In this document: positions 19,880-28,214 of the stretch, piece after piece
How positions within the stretch are numbered: position 1 is the first letter of the stretch
Layout: each line of letters starts with the position of its first letter
NCBI GenBank assembly: GCA_902494585.1
Contig: CABUUD010000001.1
Span: 13,351-77,350 of the forward strand
Reading direction: 5' to 3'
Source: an uncultured Collinsella sp.
GTDB taxonomy: Bacteria > Actinomycetota > Coriobacteriia > Coriobacteriales > Coriobacteriaceae
Length of the DNA stretch: 64,000 bases
Position numbers and translations under genes: made by a program
Notes under the pieces: generated by a model
What the model was told of the DNA's origin: nothing
Databases searched by the model: none
The model's input: only the letters and a program-made list of their open reading frames with translations

Positions 19880-20821
19880 AGCGAGGGCCGTGCGGATGAA
19901 TGGGTCGCCGAGGGCCTCGCGGAGCCAGGGGGCCAGCTGCTCGGGGTGACCCTGCAGGTAGCCTTTGAGCTCGGACGGAGCCACGCGACGCACTTCCGAG
20001 ATCTCCTCTTGGTTGATATGCAGCTCGCCCGGCTCAACATGGGCAAGGTAGACCTCGCACCATTCGCACTCGCAGCGACCGTCGCCGTGGTCCTCGCGGT
20101 ACACCACGTGTCCGAGGTGCTTGAGCTGATCGGGCTCGCGCGTAATGCCGAGCTCTTCATTGATGCGGCGCGCCGTGGCGGCCGCGACGTCTTCCCCGGG
20201 GAGCGGATGGCCGGCGCAGCTATCGGCCAGCACCCCGCCCCACAGGCGCTTGAGCGGACTGCGGCGACAGAGCAGCAGGCGCGCGTCTTCGCCCCGGCCC
20301 TCGACCAAAAGCGTCAGAAATGCCTGATGCAGGATGCCCTCACCAGCATGGGCCTCGATGCGGTCGACGGGGCCAAGCGCCTCGCCGGTCGCAGCATCGA
20401 CCGCCACGACCTCGGCGCCCGCACCGCCCTCATCCCAGCCGGCGCGCAGAATGCGGGCTGCGGCTTCCTCGAGCGCGGCGATGAGCTCCTTGGTGGTGTC
20501 GAGCACGCGCTGCAGGTCGTCACCGCTCGCTTGTTCAACATGAAAACCCGTGCTTGCAACTACCGGCACGCCAAAGCGCGTGGCCAGCGCCGCCGCGATA
20601 TCGTGCGCCGGGATCTCGTCTCGATGGCACGGAACGGCCAGGATGCTCACCGTTGCCGTACGGCCGGGCTCGGGGCGCGGAATGGCCTGCGCCGTGGCGC
20701 CCAGGTGCGCAAACTCCGGCGAGCAGGCGTACACCGCCATGCCTCGCGGCGTCACCGTCAGCTGGGCCTCGAGCGCAAACTTGCCCTCGCCCACTGCAAC
20801 CTTTGTCGTGTGCATACCCAT
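19874..20821 (-). CDS. Fusion of LpdD-like prFMN chaperone domain and type-1 IDI/Nudix domain
   Basis: N-half HLGA...HRDE...GFHVEQAS; C-half AH...LHQAF, SCAGHP, RRINEELGI, ECEWC, LAPW; RBS GGAG before ATG 20821. Confidence 0.8.
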   Translation of the reverse strand: MGMHTTKVAVGEGKFALEAQLTVTPRGMAVYACSPEFAHLGATAQAIPRPEPGRTATVSILAVPCHRDEIPAHDIAAALATRFGVPVVASTGFHVEQASGDDLQRVLDTTKELIAALEEAAARILRAGWDEGGAGAEVVAVDAATGEALGPVDRIEAHAGEGILHQAFLTLLVEGRGEDARLLLCRRSPLKRLWGGVLADSCAGHPLPGEDVAAATARRINEELGITREPDQLKHLGHVVYREDHGDGRCECEWCEVYLAHVEPGELHINQEEISEVRRVAPSELKGYLQGHPEQLAPWLREALGDPFIRTALAM

Positions 20822-20893
20822 GGGATCTCCTGCCGCCCGCGATGTACCTGAGACCATCTTCGCCTGTATTGCGACTATACAGGCAAGCCCTCC

Positions 20894-20924
20894 ATGTGAC
20901 AAAGGGACTGCCCCTTTGTCACAT
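20894..20924. repeat. REP-like palindrome copy
   Basis: ATGTGACAAAGGGACTGCCCCTTTGTCACAT. Confidence 0.85.
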
Positions 20925-20982
20925 TCTGTTAGAGTTGCAGGGATTGAATCCCGCTTATTCATGCGACATTGGAGTGACAACC

Positions 20983-22236
20983 TTGACCGCCGCAACCACG
21001 CCTAAAAGTAAGCCAACCGCCGCCGCGCTCTCCCCCGCGCGCACCAAGCTCTGCCTGGCGCTGCTCGTGCTGTTGGGATTCTCGCTCGGCTGCTCCGAGT
21101 TCGTGGTCATCGGCATCGAAAGCGACTTGGCAACGGAACTCGGCATATCACTTGCCACTGCGGGCCAGCTCATCAGCGTGTTTGCGCTCGTCTACGCTAT
21201 CGCGACGCCGGTGCTCGCGCTCAGCACGGGGCGATTCCGCCGCTACCAGCTGCTCGTGTGCTATAGCGTCGTCTTTGTGCTCGGCAACCTGGTCATGGCG
21301 TTGGCTCCCAACTTCCAGGTGCTGTTTATCTCACGCATTGTCCTGGGCTCTGTCTCGGGTGCGCTGCTCGCCGTGGGCGTGACGTACATCCCTGAGCTGC
21401 TATCCCCGCAGCAAACCTCACTTGCCATCTCGGTCGTGTACGGCGCGTTTTCCGTGGCGATGGTCTTTGTGACCTCGATTGGCAAGTTTGTGGCCGACAC
21501 ACTCGATTGGCACGTGGCCATGTACGGCACGCTGACCTTTGCCGTTTTGATCTGTAGCGCGCTCGTGGCGTTTATGCCTCGCGCCGGGCAGACCGATGAG
21601 CCCGCCACCTTCCGCGAGCAGGCGGGGCTACTACGCGAGCCGAGTATCATCACCGGCATGCTTATCTTTTTGTTTGGCGTGGGCTCGGTCTATGTGTTCT
21701 ACGGCTACGTGACGCCTTATCTTGAGCAGGTGCTGGGCATGGGCACGGTCGAAGCCAGTACCACGCTTATGGCCTACGGCGTGTTCTGCCTGATCTCGAA
21801 CATCCTGGGCGGATGGATCGATGCGCGCTTTGGCATGAAGGCGCTGCTTGTGACGTTTGTGCTGCAGGCGGTGGCATTGTTTGGGCTGTTTGCCGTAGGC
21901 GCTGCCATGCCGCTCGCACTTGTCTTTGTCTTTAGCCTGGCGATGCTCATGTACCTGTTCTCGGTCTCATGCATCACGCACTTTATGGACGTGGCACGCA
22001 GCCGCCATCCCAAGTCGATGGTACTCGCAAGTTCGGTTGAGCCCATGGCGTTTAACGTCGGCATCTCGTTTGGCACCGCAGTGGGCGGCGCCGTGGTAAG
22101 CAGCGTTGGCATTGCGTACGTGGGCGCAGTGGGCGCCGCGTTCTCGCTTGTGGCCTGGGCCCTCACGCTGGTGACGATTAAGCTGGCTCGCTGGGAGCGC
22201 CGTCGTCAATCAGCACGGCCCTCAATACGGGCATAG
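20983..22236 (+). CDS. MFS transporter (DHA1/AraJ-like)
   Basis: GCSEFVVIG, AGQLISVFA, about 12 TM segments; TTG start after GGAG (alternative GTG at 20974). Confidence 0.88.
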   Translation: MTAATTPKSKPTAAALSPARTKLCLALLVLLGFSLGCSEFVVIGIESDLATELGISLATAGQLISVFALVYAIATPVLALSTGRFRRYQLLVCYSVVFVLGNLVMALAPNFQVLFISRIVLGSVSGALLAVGVTYIPELLSPQQTSLAISVVYGAFSVAMVFVTSIGKFVADTLDWHVAMYGTLTFAVLICSALVAFMPRAGQTDEPATFREQAGLLREPSIITGMLIFLFGVGSVYVFYGYVTPYLEQVLGMGTVEASTTLMAYGVFCLISNILGGWIDARFGMKALLVTFVLQAVALFGLFAVGAAMPLALVFVFSLAMLMYLFSVSCITHFMDVARSRHPKSMVLASSVEPMAFNVGISFGTAVGGAVVSSVGIAYVGAVGAAFSLVAWALTLVTIKLARWERRRQSARPSIRA

Positions 22237-22322
22237 GGGCAAACATAGCCCAAGGTGGCGAGTAACCGGTGAAAACCGCCCAATATGAGTATGTTTATCC
22301 GCCTGGAAGCTTCAGCAGTGCA

Positions 22323-22421
22323 ATTTCGTGTATTTGAGATACACGCTTTTCTATTATTTCGTGTATTTCAAGTACATGAAATCGTACTAAACTATGTATC
22401 TGAAGTACACGAAATTGGAAA
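22323..22421. repeat. Three palindromic boxes at 33-bp period upstream of AAA ATPase
   Basis: TGTAT at 22329, 22362 and 22395; consensus TTTCGTGTA-N7-TACACGAAA. Confidence 0.8.
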
Positions 22422-22430
22422 GGCGGCCCC

Positions 22431-23801
22431 ATGCGCAGATCAATCGAGTCCGTTATCGAATCATGGGCGACAAAGGACGCCTCACGCCCCCTCCTCATCC
22501 GTGGTGCGCGACGCGTAGGCAAAACGTACGCTGCCGAGGAAATCGGCAGGCGAATCGCCGGCGATGCGTTTGTCAAACTCGACTTTCAGACCGATCTTGA
22601 GCTGATCGCTCCGCTGTTCGATTGTCCCACCGACGACGTTGACACCATCGTGGCGCGGATTTCAGACTATAAACGCGCCCCCATTCGCAAAGAAACCACC
22701 TTCATCCTGTTTGACGAGGTGCAGCTCTGCGAACGGGCGCTCAACTCGCTTCGCTTTTTTTCGGGTTCGGGCTGGCGCATATGCGCGACCGGCAGTCAGC
22801 TCGGCGTCGCCACGCGCAAACGTAAGCTGCCTTTTCCCAGCGGCGTTCGTCAAGAGACCATGCATCCTATGTCGTTCGAGGAGTTTCTCTGGGCGCTCGA
22901 TGAGGAGCAGATGGCCGATGCCATTCGTACCCACGCCGGCACGCTCGAGACCTACGCCGCGCACCAAGCCGCGCTCAGCCTGTTTCATCGATACCAGATC
23001 GTGGGCGGCATGCCCGCCGCCGTCAACGCATATCGCAAGACGTTATCCATCGAGGATGCGCGCGTCGAGCAGCGCGAAATCAACGAGACCTATACCGCCG
23101 ATATGACCGACCCCGAAAACGGGATCAGCGGCGTGGCGGCACGCAAGGTCTGGCGCTCCATTCCGTCCCAGCTGCTGAGATCGTCCACAAAAAAATTCAA
23201 GTACTCCGAGGTCGAACGCGGAGGCCGTCGCGCCAAGCTTATCGAGCCGCTCGACTGGCTCGAAGGCGCCGGTATCATATCGGTCAACAACCTGACCGAA
23301 GGCATCGAGCCTCCCCTCGTTCCCTTCGACGACGAAGATGGAAGTTTCTTTAAGGTCTATCTTCTCGATACCGGCCTCATGTTCTACAAACTCGGCATCA
23401 ACCCGAGGCTCTGGCTCGACCTCAAAGAAGATTCCGCCATAGCGCTATCTTCCGACTTCCGAGGCGCCCTGGCGGAAAACTCGGTCATGCAAGCATTTTC
23501 GGGTAACAGCTTGCAGACGTATTACTGGGTGCCGCCGTCGTCTTGGAAGACGACCGGCGAGCTCGATTTTCTACTTCAGACCGACCGTATGGAAATCGTG
23601 CCCGTCGAGGTAAAGTCCGCACGCAACGTGCGCGCGAGAACCCTCGGGTCGTTCATGGACAAAGCCCGATCGCCATATGCCTACATTTTGTCCGAGAACA
23701 ATTTTTTCCGCAGCGAAACCGATGACGGGCGCGAGCTACGCCACCTCCCCTTGTACGCAGCGGGCTTTATTGAAGCAAACTGCCTCAAGAGCAGTCTGTA
23801 A
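22431..23801 (+). CDS. AAA+ ATPase (AAA_14/DUF4143-type) with C-terminal PD-(D/E)xK-like domain
   Basis: GARRVGKT, FDEVQ, TGS, GGMP, DTGL and ELDF...EVKS motifs. Confidence 0.9.
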   Translation: MRRSIESVIESWATKDASRPLLIRGARRVGKTYAAEEIGRRIAGDAFVKLDFQTDLELIAPLFDCPTDDVDTIVARISDYKRAPIRKETTFILFDEVQLCERALNSLRFFSGSGWRICATGSQLGVATRKRKLPFPSGVRQETMHPMSFEEFLWALDEEQMADAIRTHAGTLETYAAHQAALSLFHRYQIVGGMPAAVNAYRKTLSIEDARVEQREINETYTADMTDPENGISGVAARKVWRSIPSQLLRSSTKKFKYSEVERGGRRAKLIEPLDWLEGAGIISVNNLTEGIEPPLVPFDDEDGSFFKVYLLDTGLMFYKLGINPRLWLDLKEDSAIALSSDFRGALAENSVMQAFSGNSLQTYYWVPPSSWKTTGELDFLLQTDRMEIVPVEVKSARNVRARTLGSFMDKARSPYAYILSENNFFRSETDDGRELRHLPLYAAGFIEANCLKSSL

Positions 23802-23834
23802 GCCCTGCACGACCGCCTAGAAAGGAAACCGCTC

Positions 23835-24281
23835 ATGCAACGCATACTGTTTATCTGCCATGGCAACATCTGCCGCTCGACGATGGCTGAGTCGGTGTTT
23901 ACCGAGCTGGTGCGGCGCGCCGGGCGCGCGGGCGAGTTTGTCATTGACTCCGCTGCGACCTCGACCGAGGAGATCGGCAACCCGCCACACCACGGTACCG
24001 TTGCCAAGCTGCGCGAGGTCGGGATTCCCGTCGTCGCACATCGTGCACGTCAGGTGCGTCGCGCGGAGTATGGCGACTGGGACCACATTGTCTATATGGA
24101 CGACGAGAACGCGCGTGGCCTGCGTCGCATCTTTGGCGACGACCCCGACGGCAAGATTACGCGCATGCTCGATTGGACCGAGCGCCCCGGCGACGTGGCC
24201 GACCCCTGGTACACCGGCAATTTCGATGCCACCTACCGCGACGTACTCGACGGCTGCACCGCTATGCTCGAGCAGCTGTAG
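23835..24281 (+). CDS. Low-molecular-weight protein tyrosine phosphatase
   Basis: CHGNICRS and DPWY motifs. Confidence 0.95.
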   Translation: MQRILFICHGNICRSTMAESVFTELVRRAGRAGEFVIDSAATSTEEIGNPPHHGTVAKLREVGIPVVAHRARQVRRAEYGDWDHIVYMDDENARGLRRIFGDDPDGKITRMLDWTERPGDVADPWYTGNFDATYRDVLDGCTAMLEQL

Positions 24282-24327
24282 GCAATCGAGGTCGCGGGCC
24301 ACGCCTTTGTCACATCCGGGACTAGCC

Positions 24328-25689
24328 CTAGACCGGCTTGACCTCCAGCTTTATCCCCTCGGCGCAGGAGTCGCCCAAAACATCCGAAAGGGCCCAGGTC
24401 GCATATAGCGGCAAATAGAGAACCGCTCCGTTGCGCTCAACGTTGCCTCTCGAGAAAACAATCCCGAGCCTTACGCCATATTCAGCCGTATCAAGCACAT
24501 GACCGAGCGCAGCGTGCGCGTGGTAATAGGAGCCCGATTTAACCTCGATCGGAACAGCCGTCCCATCCGGTCCATCGACCACAAAGTCCACTTCACCGCG
24601 CTTTTTTGTCTGATAGTAGTAAAGCTGGCGATTTTGGGCAGCCAGCTGCTGGGCCACCACGTTTTCGTAAATGCCGCCCAGATTGGGCTCCTTGCTATCA
24701 AGATACGCCGCTTGGGCGACTCCGACGGGGTAGCGCGCCATCAACATGCCCGTATCCGATTGATATAGCTTGAACTGCGATGGCCGTGCCGTCTTGAGCA
24801 AGGGCGATTTTGGCTCGGTTACGATATCGGCTTTGAGAGCAACGCCGGCATCGACAAGCCATACAAAATCTCGCTGATACTTCTCGTAGTGAGCCTTGGG
24901 GTCAATGGAATTGAGCACGAAGCGCTTGTTTTCGCCCTCGAGCATAATAGGGAGCTGATCGTAAATGCTCTGCACCTGAAGGGCTCGCCCGCTTGCATAC
25001 TTGGAGATATCCCGCCGGTACTGTTCGTTGAGCTCTGACTGTAGCTGACGAACAGAGGCAAGGTCGCCCTGCGTGTCAAGGAAACGCTGCACGACCTCCG
25101 GCATTCCGCCGACAACGGTATAGGTCCTGAAGTTTGCCATCATCGCGTCATGAATGTAATCAGGAACGGGCCTCTCGCTGATACACGCGTCACGTATCGT
25201 TTGGCGAGCCCCCTCGCTCACCCCGGTTGCCCAGCAAAACTCCTCAAAATCGAGCGGGAACATCCTAAGCTCGTGGACATACCCCACGGGATAGGACCTG
25301 ACGCCCTTGAACTGAGTCCCGAGCATTGACCCCGAAAACGCCCAGCGGCACCTCCCGTCCTCAACAAGGAACTTTGCCATCGTCATGATGTCGGGGGCCT
25401 CTTGGACCTCATCGATAAACACGAGCGTTTTGCCTGGCGCAATCGACTTTCCCGAAAGAAGCGTCACCCTGCTGATGAAATCATCGGCATTCCGCGCCTC
25501 GAGAAGAGCATCTTTTGCCTGGCGGTTTTCCATGAGGTTAAGCTCGATGTAGGTTGCATGGTTGGCTTTGCCAAATGCGCGAATCGAATAGCTTTTGCCA
25601 ATCTGGCGAGAACCCGTAATGAACAAGGCCTTTTGCTCGGAAGACTTCAGCCAACGCTCCAGCTCTGCCGCTATTTTCCTGCGCAGCAT
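24328..25689 (-). CDS. AAA+ ATPase (AAA_14/DUF4143-type)
   Basis: GSRQIGKS, IDEVQ, GGMPE, DTGML and EVDF...EVKSG motifs. Confidence 0.9.
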   Translation of the reverse strand: MLRRKIAAELERWLKSSEQKALFITGSRQIGKSYSIRAFGKANHATYIELNLMENRQAKDALLEARNADDFISRVTLLSGKSIAPGKTLVFIDEVQEAPDIMTMAKFLVEDGRCRWAFSGSMLGTQFKGVRSYPVGYVHELRMFPLDFEEFCWATGVSEGARQTIRDACISERPVPDYIHDAMMANFRTYTVVGGMPEVVQRFLDTQGDLASVRQLQSELNEQYRRDISKYASGRALQVQSIYDQLPIMLEGENKRFVLNSIDPKAHYEKYQRDFVWLVDAGVALKADIVTEPKSPLLKTARPSQFKLYQSDTGMLMARYPVGVAQAAYLDSKEPNLGGIYENVVAQQLAAQNRQLYYYQTKKRGEVDFVVDGPDGTAVPIEVKSGSYYHAHAALGHVLDTAEYGVRLGIVFSRGNVERNGAVLYLPLYATWALSDVLGDSCAEGIKLEVKPV

Positions 25690-25713
25690 AGGCTCTCCCC
25701 TCGGTGTCATCAA

Positions 25714-25800
25714 ATGAAATGCAAAGTTTTATACGCTTGATTATCGATGAAACGCAGAATTTTTAGAACCTAAAATCTGATGAAATGCAGAGATTTGAGA
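25714..25800. repeat. Three direct repeats at 33-bp period upstream of the second AAA ATPase
   Basis: ATGAAAYGCA at 25714, 25747 and 25780. Confidence 0.75.
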
Positions 25801-25831
25801 TTATAAGCAAAAAGAAGGGACACCACCCGCG

Positions 25832-25864
25832 AATGTGACAAAAGAACTGTCCCTTTGTCACATT
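25832..25864. repeat. REP-like palindrome copy
   Basis: AATGTGACAAAAGAACTGTCCCTTTGTCACATT. Confidence 0.8.
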
Positions 25865-25872
25865 GCGCTCAG

Positions 25873-26208
25873 CTACTCGTCGACGACCTCGGCAAGCCAA
25901 ACGTTCAGCGTATCGACCTCGGGGCAGCAGAACTTTGCCGTACCGGGCTCGTTGCCAGGCACGGTTCCGCCGTAGCGCAGGATATCGATATAGGGAAAGC
26001 CCACATGGCAGGCCATGGCGCACATCTTGCCGCGGTCTCGGTCGAAGTCAAAGACATCGCCCGGCTTATGACCATGGTGGCAGCGACACGCACCCAGCTG
26101 GTCCACGCAGCTCACGCGGATACGCGGACGCTTGCCCCGCGGCGCACCGAACGGCTTGCTCTCGCCCGCAGGCTTGACGCCGCCCTCGCCGGCGTTACTC
26201 ATGGTCAA
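25873..26208 (-). CDS. Small Cys-rich protein (TIGR04076-like)
   Basis: C..GHKPGDVF...MCAMA...YGG...CCPE pattern; overlaps the pdxK stop. Confidence 0.7.
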   Translation of the reverse strand: MTMSNAGEGGVKPAGESKPFGAPRGKRPRIRVSCVDQLGACRCHHGHKPGDVFDFDRDRGKMCAMACHVGFPYIDILRYGGTVPGNEPGTAKFCCPEVDTLNVWLAEVVDE

Positions 26209-27019
26209 TCACATCCAGGCAGGCCTCGATGGGAAGGCCGGCCGACTTGTCCTCTTGGTCGGCATTGCGCTCGATAAGCTCGGCCACCACACGCATAGCG
26301 TCGGTCGTCGCACGTTGCAGGCTCCAGCCGGCCATAACGCGACCCACGAGCACCGACGAGAACGTATCGCCCGTGCCCGGGAAATACACCGGGATCAGCT
26401 CAAAGGGAATCGTAAAGTACTCTCCCGCCACATGGTCGTAGCCGATAACGGCACTCGCCCCGTCGACCTTTGCGCTCGTAATGACCACCGACTTGGCGCC
26501 CAGCGCGAGCATGGCATCCACGAGCGTACGAGCCTCGTCGGCCGTAATCTGCTCGGCCATAGGCGTATCGGTGAGCAGACACGCCTCGGTATAGTTGGGC
26601 ACCGCGTAGTCGGCGCACTCGACCAGGCTGCGCATAAGGCCGATGGTCGACTCGGGCACGCCAGCGTAGAGCCTGCCGTTGTCGGCCATGATGGGGTCGA
26701 CAAACACCTTGGTGCCCTTTTGCGCGCGGCGGTGGCAAAAGTCCGAGATGATGCGTGCCTCTTCCTCGGTCACGATAAAGCCGGTCGAGATGGCGTCGAA
26801 TTCAAAGCCGAGCTCCTCCCAGATGGCGAGACTCTGGCGGACATACTCCGTGGTGTCGTGGATGTAGAACTTGGGGTAGTTGAGCGTATCGGAAACGAGG
26901 GCCGTCGGCAGGTTGTGGATGCGATAGCCCATGTGCGACAGCACCGGCAACATGGCAGAAAGCGCGACCTTGCCGTAGCCGCACATATCGTTGATCAGCA
27001 GCAGCTGAGTGTTCTTCAT
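26195..27019 (-). CDS. pdxK: Pyridoxal/pyridoxamine kinase
   Basis: INDMCGYGKVAL, LPTALVS, VDPIMADNG, PNYTEA and GTGD motifs. Confidence 0.88.
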   Translation of the reverse strand: MKNTQLLLINDMCGYGKVALSAMLPVLSHMGYRIHNLPTALVSDTLNYPKFYIHDTTEYVRQSLAIWEELGFEFDAISTGFIVTEEEARIISDFCHRRAQKGTKVFVDPIMADNGRLYAGVPESTIGLMRSLVECADYAVPNYTEACLLTDTPMAEQITADEARTLVDAMLALGAKSVVITSAKVDGASAVIGYDHVAGEYFTIPFELIPVYFPGTGDTFSSVLVGRVMAGWSLQRATTDAMRVVAELIERNADQEDKSAGLPIEACLDVIDHE

Positions 27020-27199
27020 GAGTGTCCCCCTTGGGTCGGGCGCGGCGCGACGGCGCCATAGTGCGAATAAGTGTAGCGCAGGGGGCGTTGCGAGCGGAGG
27101 CGAGCGGCGCGACGGGCAAATTGTTGCGGAAAGGTTTCGAAAATGGGAGGCAAATCACGGCGGCAGCGGCACAGTAGCTGCCACCTATTTACTACCATT

Positions 27200-27355
27200 C
27201 CAAAACTATGCCGGATTACTACGATAAACCGCCAGTCTCCAACCACAACAAATTGCACTCCAGCAAAACCGCAGGTAGACAGCTTGTGATTTTCCGAAAA
27301 ACAATGCCGAGGTCTGAGATTTCGAATTCATCGTAGTAATCCGGCATAGTTTTGG
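27200..27355. repeat. 156-bp element with perfect 26-bp terminal inverted repeats (MITE-like)
   Basis: CCAAAACTATGCCGGATTACTACGAT / ATCGTAGTAATCCGGCATAGTTTTGG. Confidence 0.75.
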
Positions 27356-27440
27356 GCAAAGCAACTTCGGAAGGGTGTCACCGCAGCCCAAAATGATCCG
27401 TTATCCTCCGTCCCCCCACGGATCACTCAAATGCCAACCG

Positions 27441-27611
27441 AGGCAGCGCTGCAGATTGAGGACGGACAGCGAAAGCGTTCCTAAGCGAGCAAGGTGACGT
27501 GAAAGAGGAGGGCATAGGCCTTGTGGCCATGCCCGACGATTGAACGCCAGATTGCCGCTTAGGAGCGTTTGCAGCGTCGAGCCGTTGCGCGGTTTGGTAA
27601 AACCGCGCAAC
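27441..27611 (+). repeat. About 170-bp structured dispersed repeat, copy 2
   Basis: Matches 6759-6928 with compensatory stem changes. Confidence 0.85.
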
Positions 27612-27626
27612 AACTACTTTGGTACC

Positions 27627-27689
27627 TTGACATTGATTTCTCACGCTCCTAAATTAGTTAGGCACAAAACAATTCCACTACCTAACTAA
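27627..27689 (+). promoter_or_regulatory. Promoter and putative MarR operator
   Basis: TTGACA-N17-TAAATT; inverted repeat TTAGTTAGG...CCTAACTAA (27654-27689). Confidence 0.7.
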
Positions 27690-27710
27690 AGAAAGGAGCG
27701 AAGCTTAGAT

Positions 27711-28214
27711 ATGTGTGTTGAAGCACTCGTCCTTCCGCATGAGCCCGGCGGTGACCCGTCGCAACCGGTAGGCATACCCGAAGCGGTCAGCGCTGAAGAC
27801 AAACTCGCCAAGCGCATCCTGAGCGGCCTGGGCTTTTGCGGCCATTACATGCATTTTCATGGCGGAGGCGTGTCCGGCAAGGCGCCCATCATCTGCCTGC
27901 TGGCCAAGCAGCCCGGCGGCGAGATGTCGCAGCAGGAACTCGGCATGCACTTTGACCTCAAACCGGGGTCGCTTTCCGAGATCCTGTCCAAGCTCGAGGT
28001 CAACGGCCTCATCGAGCGCAGCCGTAACCCCAAGGATCGACGGCAACTCACCATTCGCCTGACCGAAACCGGCCGGGAAAACGCCCGCATCGACCAGGCG
28101 GCCCGCATCCGCTTTAGAGAACGGGCCTTTAGCGCGCTCACCCACGACGAGCGCGAGGACCTCGCCGAAATGCTCGAGAAAATCCGTGTAACCTGGGAGG
28201 AACTGGATGATTAA
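27711..28214 (+). CDS. MarR-family regulator
   Basis: SQQEL...SLSEILSKLE..GLIER...DRR...LTETG. Confidence 0.92.
   Translation: MCVEALVLPHEPGGDPSQPVGIPEAVSAEDKLAKRILSGLGFCGHYMHFHGGGVSGKAPIICLLAKQPGGEMSQQELGMHFDLKPGSLSEILSKLEVNGLIERSRNPKDRRQLTIRLTETGRENARIDQAARIRFRERAFSALTHDEREDLAEMLEKIRVTWEELDD

Noticed and set aside
22323..22421. Possible mini-CRISPR array
   Set aside because: The 33-bp period leaves no room for spacers, the repeats are degenerate, and there are no cas genes
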